Source of the DNA: a virus
IMG/VR virus record: IMGVR_UViG_3300027797_000002
DNA: 42,064 bases
Strand: one strand, 5' to 3'
Below, one piece after another: positions 9,415 to 16,212 of the stretch (the stretch's first letter is position 1; every line of letters begins with the position of its first letter). The notes below the pieces were generated by a model. That model saw only the letters and a program-made list of their open reading frames with translations. It did not search any database and was not told the DNA's origin. Made by a program: the position numbers and the translations under genes.

Positions 9415-10010
9415 ATTTAACCAAGCTAAAAGGGCATATACCAGATTCGGTAATTGCACAAATTCCTTTTATTCAAAGTAATTACAAAGTAGATACATCT
9501 TTAAGACTTGCTCACTTCTTAGCTCAATGTGGCCACGAATCTGCTAACTTTAAAGCTACAAGAGAAAATCTAAACTATTCTGCTGAAGGACTAAATAAGA
9601 TATTCAAAAAATACTTTCCTACTTTAGAATCAGCTAAACTTTATGCAAGGATGCCAGAGAAGATAGCTTCTAAGGTTTATGCTAATAGAATGGGCAATGG
9701 AGATGAATCTTCAAAGGATGGCTTTAAATACGCTGGTAAAGGCTACATTCAGCTTACTGGAAAGGCTAACTATATGGAGTTTGATAAAACCGTTCCAGAG
9801 GATATAACTAACAACCCAGAGCTTGTAGCAATTAAATATCCTTTAGCTTCTGCTGCTTGGTTTTGGTCTAAGAATGGACTTAATTTAATAGCTGATAAAG
9901 GTGCTACTGACTTAGTAGTTACTTCAGTTACCAAAAGAGTTAATGGTGGTACAATAGGTCTTGCTGATAGGATTAAACACTTTAAAGAGTTCTACGCATT
10001 ATTAAGTTAA
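9408..10010 (+). CDS. Endolysin, glycoside hydrolase family 19 (chitinase-like) type
   Basis: Motifs AHFLAQCGHESANF and YAGKGYIQLTGKANY are characteristic of GH19/COG3179 phage lysins. Confidence 0.85.
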   Translation: MVDLTKLKGHIPDSVIAQIPFIQSNYKVDTSLRLAHFLAQCGHESANFKATRENLNYSAEGLNKIFKKYFPTLESAKLYARMPEKIASKVYANRMGNGDESSKDGFKYAGKGYIQLTGKANYMEFDKTVPEDITNNPELVAIKYPLASAAWFWSKNGLNLIADKGATDLVVTSVTKRVNGGTIGLADRIKHFKEFYALLS

Positions 10011-10057
10011 TTTGTATTTTATAAAATAATCTTTAACTTGCACAAAATTAAGGGATT

Positions 10058-10198
10058 ATGCGTTACAAATCTAACGACCTAATTGTATGGAATGGAATTA
10101 TCACATATTACTCCATTATCAAGCCCCTATTGAGTTCAAGCGATTCAATAGACTTTGCACAGCACGAAGATATTTTACTTTATAATTCATTTGTATGA
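10058..10198 (+). CDS. Small hypothetical protein (46 aa), not in the ORF track
   Basis: ATG 10058 gives MRYKSNDLIVWNGIITYYS... Its TGA overlaps the next gene's ATG (ATGA coupling). Confidence 0.45.
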   Translation: MRYKSNDLIVWNGIITYYSIIKPLLSSSDSIDFAQHEDILLYNSFV

Positions 10199-11055
10199 AC
10201 CTAAATAGACCAAGATTAAGCCCTAATGAGTTTAATTTAAGGCAAGAAAAAAAGCTATGGGATAAAAAACTTTATTCTGTAATGATATTCTCGGATGTTC
10301 ACGGATGGTTAGCTGACCTAAGAACATTAAAATGTATCAACAACATCCTAAAGGACAACAAATTTGATGAAGTATGTATCAACGGAGATTTGGTAGATAT
10401 GCCATTTTTGTCTAAACATACCCAAAAACTCTATATGGATGGTATTTTAAACGGCTATACCGAGATAGGCGAGATAGATTACACAGTAGAACAAGTCTTA
10501 AAACCATTAAGATTAAGCACCGATGCAGAGATAAGAATAAGAATCGGAAACCATGACGAAAGGATTACAAAACCTAACTTATTGGGAGATAAGCAGTTAA
10601 AAAACTTAGCTATCCTTTATAATAACTTCCAGACAACTAAGCTTGAGGAGATGCTTCAATTAGAGGCTTTAGGAATGAATTATGACCCTTCTGATGTATT
10701 TACCTACTTTGATATATTTGATGTAACACATGGGCTTAAATTGGCTAAAAACGCAGCAGAACAGAACATAAAGGATTATATGTCATCTGGCTCTACTGGC
10801 CACACCCATAGATTGAACTCTAAATACCTTACAAATAGGAAAGCTCCTTATGTTTGGTTGGAATCTGGATGTACCAGATTAATTAGTCAAGTGGAGTATT
10901 TGCCTACTGGAGTGGTGGCAGATTGGCAGAACGGCTTTGTAACGGTACATTTTTGGGTAGATGGCGATAAAGTGCGTTTTTTCGCATCTCCGCACATTAT
11001 TATTGATGGAAGATGTTACTATAACGGAGTGGTTTACGACTTCAATAAATCTTAA
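10195..11055 (+). CDS. Calcineurin-like metallophosphoesterase
   Basis: All canonical motifs are present in order: SDVHG, GDLVD, GNHDE, a conserved H in VTHG, and GHTH. Confidence 0.8.
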   Translation: MNLNRPRLSPNEFNLRQEKKLWDKKLYSVMIFSDVHGWLADLRTLKCINNILKDNKFDEVCINGDLVDMPFLSKHTQKLYMDGILNGYTEIGEIDYTVEQVLKPLRLSTDAEIRIRIGNHDERITKPNLLGDKQLKNLAILYNNFQTTKLEEMLQLEALGMNYDPSDVFTYFDIFDVTHGLKLAKNAAEQNIKDYMSSGSTGHTHRLNSKYLTNRKAPYVWLESGCTRLISQVEYLPTGVVADWQNGFVTVHFWVDGDKVRFFASPHIIIDGRCYYNGVVYDFNKS

Positions 11056-11075
11056 AATCTTCGTATTTTTATGTT

Positions 11076-11288
11076 ATGGCTGATAACATAGAAAACATAG
11101 ATGATATTGAGGATGTAACCGATGACCAAACTCTGGCTGAAATAGATTTATTTTGGGGGATGTTTAAAGATTCAGAGGAAATGTCTTTTACTTTTTTTAA
11201 TTCACAATTTAAAGTAGATTTGCAAATGCAGTTAATGCGAATGGTTAAAACACGATTGAATTTTTTAGACTATGACGAGGAGAATTAA
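11076..11288 (+). CDS. Small acidic hypothetical protein
   Basis: 70 aa. The N-terminus MADNIENIDDIEDVTDDQTLAEIDL is strongly acidic. Confidence 0.6.
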   Translation: MADNIENIDDIEDVTDDQTLAEIDLFWGMFKDSEEMSFTFFNSQFKVDLQMQLMRMVKTRLNFLDYDEEN

Positions 11289-11409
11289 ATTAATTGAAAG
11301 ACTACAAGAACTATATTCAGAAATAGAATTAATCAAAAGAGAAATAATAAAAGAAACTAACTTAGAAAAACTAAAAGAAAAACAGAATGAAAAGTATCGA
11401 AGAAATTAA
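11272..11409 (+). CDS. Possible small coiled-coil protein (45 aa), not in the track
   Basis: MTRRIKLIERLQELYSEIELIKREIIKETNLEKLKEKQNEKYRRN fills the gap between its neighbours and overlaps both ends. Confidence 0.3.
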   Translation: MTRRIKLIERLQELYSEIELIKREIIKETNLEKLKEKQNEKYRRN

Positions 11410-11752
11410 CCACCTTGAGAATTGTGAATGTGATTCTCCTTGTCCTAATTGCACAGAAAAACACAAACTCTATCCAGAAGAAACAATCAAATTACAAACT
11501 AAAGACCTAACTGGCGAACAGATAGCTGATGCAGTATTGAAGCCAGATTATTACAAAGGAAAAATTAAAGGTGTTGAATTAGATGTTTATGATATATCTG
11601 AAGCATATAATTTAAACATATATAAATTTAATGCACTTAAATATATTTTAAGAGCTGGTAAAAAAGATTCTTTAGTGCAAGACTTAAAAAAAGCTATTAG
11701 GTGTTTAGAAAGAAATATTGAAAAAGAATCTTGTAATTTAAACATAAAATGA
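11387..11752 (+). CDS. DUF3310-like protein
   Basis: 'KPDYYKG..IE..DI.....L.IYKFNALKYILRAGKK....DLKKAI.CLE' matches the DUF3310 pattern as I remember it. Confidence 0.55.
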   Translation: MKSIEEINHLENCECDSPCPNCTEKHKLYPEETIKLQTKDLTGEQIADAVLKPDYYKGKIKGVELDVYDISEAYNLNIYKFNALKYILRAGKKDSLVQDLKKAIRCLERNIEKESCNLNIK

Positions 11753-11760
11753 TACCTTTG
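11753..11760 (+). promoter_or_regulatory. -7 promoter box TACCTTTG
   Basis: Exact TAnnTTTG immediately after the stop at 11752 and about 90 nt upstream of ATG 11850. Confidence 0.4.
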
Positions 11761-11849
11761 TCGCCCTATGACAGAAGAACAAGAGTTAATATCGTTAAAG
11801 AAAGAGATTGAACAATTAAAACAAATCCTAAAAAATAGGGAAAAAAGAT

Positions 11850-12269
11850 ATGAAGAAATTTATAATGTATTTATTACTAATGGTAGTAATTTTACTACTT
11901 TACTCTTGCAAGACCAAGACTATTGTTAAGGTTGAAAAAGAAGTAATTACCGAGGTTAAAGAGGTAATTAATACAGTTTATACCGATACTGGTAAGATTA
12001 TTACTAAGACTGAGTATATCTACGAGGTTAAGTATGATACTATCAATAAAACCTATTATTCTGTAATTACTAAGGTACTTGAGAATAAGAACGAAAATAA
12101 GGCGATTTCAGCCAATAAGAAGGAAGATAGGGTAGTTGTACAAAAAGCAAAAGAAAGTTCAAAGGAGGTCATTAAAAAGGCTTCATTTAGCGATATGGTA
12201 TCTAATTGGATTATAGCCCTTGTTTTAGGGTTTGTTGGATATTTATTAATAAGAAAGTATATATTATAA
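11850..12269 (+). CDS. Lipoprotein with C-terminal TM anchor (unimolecular-spanin-like architecture)
   Basis: Signal plus lipobox-like LLLYS|C at Cys20, a beta-strand-prone K/E/T/V-rich middle, and a C-terminal TM WIIALVLGFVGYLLI. Confidence 0.45.
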   Translation: MKKFIMYLLLMVVILLLYSCKTKTIVKVEKEVITEVKEVINTVYTDTGKIITKTEYIYEVKYDTINKTYYSVITKVLENKNENKAISANKKEDRVVVQKAKESSKEVIKKASFSDMVSNWIIALVLGFVGYLLIRKYIL

Positions 12270-12279
12270 AAAAAGTTTA

Positions 12280-12287
12280 TACCTTTG
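12280..12287 (+). promoter_or_regulatory. -7-type box TACCTTTG
   Basis: Exact TAnnTTTG between stop 12269 and the terminator at 12328. Confidence 0.3.
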
Positions 12288-12327
12288 TGATGTTTTAAGT
12301 TTTTAAGGTAAATAGTTTGGTTTAGGG

Positions 12328-12356
12328 AAGCTCCACTTAGTGTGGGGCTTTTTTTG
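12328..12356 (+). terminator. Rho-independent terminator
   Basis: Stem aagctccac / gtggggctt (one G-U pair), loop ttagt, then a T-run. Confidence 0.7.
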
Positions 12357-12376
12357 TATATTTGAATAAAAAAGTT

Positions 12377-12556
12377 ATGCCACTAAGAAAAGCAAAAGGA
12401 ACATCGAAAAAGGCTGTACAATCAGCTATATCCTATAACATTAAAGATTTAATGAAGGATAATAAGAAATCTGGTAAAGCAAGAGGTGCAATGGGCAAAA
12501 CAAGGCCTATGAACCAAATTTTAGCTATTGCCATATCTAAAGCAAAAGGAAAATAA
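12377..12556 (+). CDS. Small basic protein (DUF6496-like?)
   Basis: ATG 12377 preferred over TTG 12362. The K/R-rich sequence '...KAKGTSKKAVQSAISYNIKDL...ILAIAISKAKGK' resembles short basic bacterial proteins. Confidence 0.5.
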   Translation: MPLRKAKGTSKKAVQSAISYNIKDLMKDNKKSGKARGAMGKTRPMNQILAIAISKAKGK

Positions 12557-12563
12557 AAAAAAG

Positions 12564-12594
12564 TTTGTAGTTATTAAAAACATTATTACCTTTG
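12564..12594 (+). promoter_or_regulatory. Bacteroidetes-type promoter (-33 TTTG / -7 TACCTTTG)
   Basis: TTTG at 12564-12567 and TACCTTTG at 12587-12594, with a 19-bp spacer. Confidence 0.5.
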
Positions 12595-12599
12595 CAGTA

Positions 12600-12699
12600 T
12601 CAAAGAGTATTTGTTCCGACAAATAGATACCCTTTCGATAGGGAAGCGAGAAAAGAAATAAATTGGAGTTAAGGTGTCGGCTTTAACTCCTTTTTTTTT
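12600..12699 (+). ncRNA. Candidate ~100-nt small non-coding RNA
   Basis: Promoter-to-terminator unit with no ATG. Hairpins at 12608-12625 (tatttgt/acaaata) and 12630-12643 (ccct/aggg), plus a terminator hairpin. Confidence 0.4.
12665..12699 (+). terminator. Rho-independent terminator
   Basis: Stem ggagttaagg / cctttaactcc-type (8 perfect bp, ggagttaa/ttaactcc), followed by T9. Confidence 0.8.
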
Positions 12700-12878
12700 A
12701 GCTTCAAGCATAATCTGACTGACTTTAATAAGTGGACAAAGAGAGGCGAAAGCCATCTGTACTACCAGTATGTAGGTCAAACTTTTAAATCTTGTGATTG
12801 GGCTGTAAAACACCTTCCCAGCAAGAGCCAAGCTATTACCGATTCTTATTTGAGGAGCTAATAATTTAGTAAGTTTAA

Positions 12879-12925
12879 GTGTTTATATTCTCTTAGGGAG
12901 GGGAGGGTATAAACACCTTTTTCTT
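12879..12925 (+). terminator. Large stem-loop, terminator-like
   Basis: 9-bp perfect stem gtgtttata / tataaacac, a 20-nt G-rich loop, then ctttttctt. Confidence 0.4.
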
Positions 12926-12967
12926 ACCACTAAAACCTTAAACTTTTCTCGGAGCTAATAATTATCA

Positions 12968-12990
12968 AGAATCATTCTAAATTGCAAATA
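12968..12990. promoter_or_regulatory. Operator-like repeat AGAATCATTCTAAATTGCAAATA, copy 1
   Basis: 23-bp exact repeat of 13243-13265. It contains the 11-bp palindrome AGAATcATTCT. Confidence 0.5.
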
Positions 12991-13040
12991 AATTATTATT
13001 ATTAATAAATCATCACTAACATTGTAAAAAAAAACTAACT

Positions 13041-13136
13041 ATGGAAGATTTAAAAGAACACCAGTATTGGATTGACAAACAAGAAGATTTAGCAAGTGAT
13101 TGCGAGAATAATGATATTGAAGAATGCGAAGATTAA
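13041..13136 (+). CDS. Possible 31-aa highly acidic peptide
   Basis: MEDLKEHQYWIDKQEDLASDCENNDIEECED, with the start context 'aactaactATG'. Lies between the two operator copies. Confidence 0.3.
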   Translation: MEDLKEHQYWIDKQEDLASDCENNDIEECED

Positions 13137-13255
13137 CTTTATTAGAGTTATGCCTTATTTATGCTTTAAATATAGCTTTGATTATATTTGTAATTAAGAT
13201 GATAATTAACGGATTTCTTTATGTATCAAGGTTTTATAATTTAGAATCATTCTAA
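13124..13255 (+). CDS. Possible 43-aa hydrophobic peptide
   Basis: MRRLTLLELCLIYALNIALIIFVIKMIINGFLYVSRFYNLESF. It overlaps the end of the acidic ORF, and its stop lies inside the palindromic operator. Confidence 0.3.
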   Translation: MRRLTLLELCLIYALNIALIIFVIKMIINGFLYVSRFYNLESF

Positions 13256-13265
13256 ATTGCAAATA
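13238..13265. promoter_or_regulatory. 21-bp perfect palindrome AATTTAGAATcATTCTAAATT (operator candidate), copy 2
   Basis: Dyad read directly. It overlaps the 23-bp repeat and sits about 35 nt upstream of the -7-like box for the early operon. Confidence 0.55.
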
Positions 13266-13292
13266 GTTCTTGACAGATGTTAAAATAAACCA

Positions 13293-13300
13293 CACCTTTG
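13293..13300 (+). promoter_or_regulatory. -7-like box CACCTTTG (imperfect)
   Basis: Six of 8 positions of the TACCTTTG box seen at four other sites (first two bases CA instead of TA). A TTGACA hexamer lies at 13270-13275. The box sits 22 nt upstream of ATG 13322. Confidence 0.3.
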
Positions 13301-13321
13301 TCCTACCAAAACAAAACGAAA

Positions 13322-13627
13322 ATGATAAAACTTAAAAACCCACAAATTTTAGATGTTCATGTGAACAACTACAATTTCCAAGAGGAGTATCTTGTATCTT
13401 ATACAGATGGAGATATTATCTATCACGAAACACTTATGGTTGCCGACCTTATTAAATGGGTATGTAACAATCACATTGTAGGCTATGGTGGAATGGTAGC
13501 ATTAGAAATTAAATCTTCTAATCCAAACCAGAAAGAACCTATTATTGTTAGAGAGCCTTTGCAAACTTTTATTGAAGCTAATTACAAAGGGATTATTCAA
13601 AATCTATTAACTCAACCAAGTTTATGA
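13322..13627 (+). CDS. Hypothetical early protein
   Basis: The track frame starts at a TTG inside the promoter box, so ATG 13322 is preferred (MIKLKNPQIL...). Confidence 0.6.
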   Translation: MIKLKNPQILDVHVNNYNFQEEYLVSYTDGDIIYHETLMVADLIKWVCNNHIVGYGGMVALEIKSSNPNQKEPIIVREPLQTFIEANYKGIIQNLLTQPSL

Positions 13628-13848
13628 TTATTAGACAAATCTTTAGAAACCACTTAGATGAGCAAGGCTTACCTAAAGTGCAAGAGGTTTTAGTTCAATC
13701 AAGTGTTGGAGTTCCCCCAGAAAAAGCTGGAATACAATTACACCAATGGGCATTATCAATTAGATGTCAATTAAATTTAGTTCACAAGAAACTATACAAA
13801 TTAGAAAAAGAAACAAATTATTTATTATTTAACCCAAAAACAAAATGA
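13624..13848 (+). CDS. Hypothetical early protein
   Basis: 74-aa ORF, ATGA-coupled at both ends. Confidence 0.6.
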   Translation: MIIRQIFRNHLDEQGLPKVQEVLVQSSVGVPPEKAGIQLHQWALSIRCQLNLVHKKLYKLEKETNYLLFNPKTK

Positions 13849-14402
13849 AAGAACTTATCTTAATTCAAAACGAATTAAAAGCACCCAAAAATCATTTCAA
13901 TAAGTTTGGAAATTATAACCATAGAGTTGCAGAAGATATTTTAGAGGCTTTAAAACCTATCTGTTTAAAGTATGGTTGTTTATTAACCAATAACGATGAA
14001 GTAAAAGAGTTAAATGGAACTTTATTTATTGAATCAACTTGCACTATTAAGCATAAAGATTGGGAAACACCTATAAGTGCAAGAGGTAATGCTGGTATTG
14101 ATTTAAATCGTAAGGGTATGGATTTAAGCCAGTCTTTTGGAGCATCAAGTAGCTACGCTTTAAAAAGAGCATTAGGCAATTTATTCCTTATAGATGATAC
14201 AAAAGATAGTGATGCTACTAACACTCACGATAAAGAAACTACTCAAGTTGTTGTAGAGAAGAAGAAGCCAGTATTACTTTTAAATACAGAAAACTTTGGT
14301 AATTGTCGCAAAGCATACTTAAAAGATAAGTCTAACTTAGCAAAGATTTGCGAGAAGTATGAAGTAAGTAATGAAGTTCACTTTGCCTTAACTCAAGAAT
14401 AA
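13845..14402 (+). CDS. erf: ERF-family single-strand annealing protein
   Basis: The N-terminal pattern 'LILIQNELKAPKNHFNKFGNYNHRVAEDILEALKP...' is typical of the ERF superfamily. An exonuclease gene follows. Confidence 0.65.
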   Translation: MKELILIQNELKAPKNHFNKFGNYNHRVAEDILEALKPICLKYGCLLTNNDEVKELNGTLFIESTCTIKHKDWETPISARGNAGIDLNRKGMDLSQSFGASSSYALKRALGNLFLIDDTKDSDATNTHDKETTQVVVEKKKPVLLLNTENFGNCRKAYLKDKSNLAKICEKYEVSNEVHFALTQE

Positions 14403-15025
14403 TGAATAAGTTTAAGATTAGACCAAGTTCAATGGGCAAGATAATGGGTAAGCTTGACAAAAATGGAGAGCTACCTAAAACTTGCACCACATACCTAAAA
14501 GAGTGGTATGCTGATAGCTACGAAGAAATCAGTTCTAAGTATATGACCAAGGGCATATTAATGGAAGATAAAGCTATTGATTTTATGGCCGAGCAATTAG
14601 GTTATGGTTTAGCAGAAAAGAATATTAACATTTACTCGAATGAGTGGTGTGTTGGTACTCCAGATGTTATCCAAGATAATACGGTTATAGACATCAAGTG
14701 TTCTTGGAGCAAGAAAACATTGCACGATGCAATAGAGCTTAACAAAGACTACGAATTTCAGCTCCGTGCATACATGTGGGTTTTAGATGGTGGGGTAGAT
14801 ACAGCTATTTTATTCTATGCTTTAATGAATACTCCAGCAGAAGCAAACTACGGAGTAGAGGTAAGCTATGAACATTTAGCAACTAATGAAAGATGGTTAG
14901 CATTTGGCTTCGCAAGGGATTTAGACATCGAAGCTCAAATGAAAGAGAGAGTTGAGTTATGCAGAGAATGGTTAGAGGAGTTTGATAGTGAAGTAAAAAA
15001 AAAATTAGGTAAAATAAATAAATAA
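14402..15025 (+). CDS. PD-(D/E)XK (YqaJ/lambda-exo-like) exonuclease
   Basis: 'RPSSMGKIMG' N-terminus and a 'GTPDVI...VIDIKCS' D..(D/E)xK core. Adjacent to the ERF gene. Confidence 0.6.
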   Translation: MNKFKIRPSSMGKIMGKLDKNGELPKTCTTYLKEWYADSYEEISSKYMTKGILMEDKAIDFMAEQLGYGLAEKNINIYSNEWCVGTPDVIQDNTVIDIKCSWSKKTLHDAIELNKDYEFQLRAYMWVLDGGVDTAILFYALMNTPAEANYGVEVSYEHLATNERWLAFGFARDLDIEAQMKERVELCREWLEEFDSEVKKKLGKINK

Positions 15026-15029
15026 CAAA

Positions 15030-15278
15030 GTGGAGAACAAGAAAAACTATGTAGGAAGTGGTAAGACCAAGAGCCTACAATTCGGAGAAGTACAAGAGTT
15101 AAGTTTAAACATTGAGCAACTTAACAAATTACCAAGGAGTGCAAAAGGTTACATTCGTGTAACAGTTTCAAAAAGGAGAGAGCCAGACCAATTTGGTAAT
15201 GACTTAGCAGTAGTTGAAAACACTTATGTGCCTAAAACTAAGGCAACGGATGCTAACGAGGACTCGCTCCCGTTCTAA
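15030..15278 (+). CDS. Small protein ending in an SSB-like acidic tip (..EDSLPF)
   Basis: GTG start and 82 aa. The C-terminal DSLPF mimics the bacterial SSB tail D-D-D-(I/L)-P-F. It occupies the SSB slot after erf/exo. Confidence 0.5.
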   Translation: MENKKNYVGSGKTKSLQFGEVQELSLNIEQLNKLPRSAKGYIRVTVSKRREPDQFGNDLAVVENTYVPKTKATDANEDSLPF

Positions 15279-15416
15279 AACATTAAAGGAAATGCTCTAC
15301 CAATCGTTCTTTTCGCATAAGGTCAGTTTTTTTATATAACAAAAAGTAGAAGGGGTTTTACTTGACCTAATATAAGTTGTGGTAGGCTTATATTTTAAAC
15401 TATTTATCTTAAAACA

Positions 15417-15617
15417 ATGAAACAGAAAACACAATTAGAACTCGTTAGAGAGCATTTAGAGGCTCATAAATCAATTACAAGCTGGGAAGCTATACAAACA
15501 TATCACATTACAAGGTTAGCTCACTATATCCTTTGTTTAAGGAAAGATGGATTAACCATCCAGAGTGAGCAAGTTAAAAGTGAGGGCAAATGGTGGGTTA
15601 AATATAACTTATGCTAA
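15417..15617 (+). CDS. Winged-helix/HTH DNA-binding protein (HTH_39-like)
   Basis: 'ITSWEAIQTYHITRLAHYILCLRKDGLTI' matches the small phage HTH pattern. Confidence 0.45.
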   Translation: MKQKTQLELVREHLEAHKSITSWEAIQTYHITRLAHYILCLRKDGLTIQSEQVKSEGKWWVKYNLC

Positions 15618-16048
15618 GTATAGAAAGATTGTTTCTGGATTTAGGCTTAGAGCTTGATAAGGATAAATTGGAGCAAGTAGAGAAAAAGTATATTGTTGTT
15701 CCAAAGGGTGTAAGGGTTAATAGGAAAGATGTTATTATTGATGTCTTTAATAAGATAGCTTTGTTACATGGACTATTACCAGAAGAAATATTTGGGAAAA
15801 GAAGATTTGCAAAGTTTGTTAAGCCTAAACAAGAAGCCATTTATGTATTAACAGAACTTGGTTATGGAGTAGTAGAAATCTCAAGAGTATTAAAGTGCGA
15901 CCACGCAACGGTTATATATCACAGAGAAACTATACAAGGCTATACAGAGATTGATTCTTATTACAAGAATAAGCTTGAAAAGAAATACAAAGATTTATTA
16001 AGAGGAGAAACTGTTTTACCAATAGAAACTTTATTAACTGCAATATGA
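15611..16048 (+). CDS. Protein with DnaA-domain-IV-like HTH (replication initiation candidate)
   Basis: 'RRFAKFVKPKQEAIYVLTELGYGVVEISRVLKCDHATVIYH' resembles the Bac_DnaA_C signature (..R.iAMYL...T..S...IG...DHtTV.ha). Confidence 0.5.
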   Translation: MLSIERLFLDLGLELDKDKLEQVEKKYIVVPKGVRVNRKDVIIDVFNKIALLHGLLPEEIFGKRRFAKFVKPKQEAIYVLTELGYGVVEISRVLKCDHATVIYHRETIQGYTEIDSYYKNKLEKKYKDLLRGETVLPIETLLTAI

Positions 16049-16212
16049 TGATAGATAAAAGAGATGAGCTTATAGAAAAGCAAAAAGAAATCATTGAGAA
16101 ATTGGAAAAGGTATTATCTATACAAGATGAAAAAGAAAAACTTATGCAAGGAGTAATAGATAATCTAAAAGAGCAAATAAGTTTAATCCATCGTTATAAT
16201 AATATTATATGA
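16045..16212 (+). CDS. Small coiled-coil protein (55 aa), not in the track
   Basis: MMIDKRDELIEKQKEIIEKLEKV... fills the gap exactly, with an ATATGATG overlap upstream and an ATGA overlap downstream. Confidence 0.5.
   Translation: MMIDKRDELIEKQKEIIEKLEKVLSIQDEKEKLMQGVIDNLKEQISLIHRYNNII

Noticed and set aside
11768-11929. 53-aa ORF (MTEEQELISLKKEIEQLKQILKNREKRY...) overlapping the lipoprotein gene start
   Set aside because: Its N-terminal half looks like a real coiled coil. However, the ATG is only 7 nt after the -7 box, and the last 80 nt overlap the lipoprotein gene in another frame with a meaningless tail. Left unannotated pending expression data.
12586-12831. 81-aa minus-strand ORF in the regulatory gap
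   Set aside because: It runs through the strong + strand terminator hairpin and the promoter box. I found no CAAAnnTA (reverse -7 box) upstream of it. The promoter-to-terminator sRNA interpretation fits better, though coding cannot be excluded without data.
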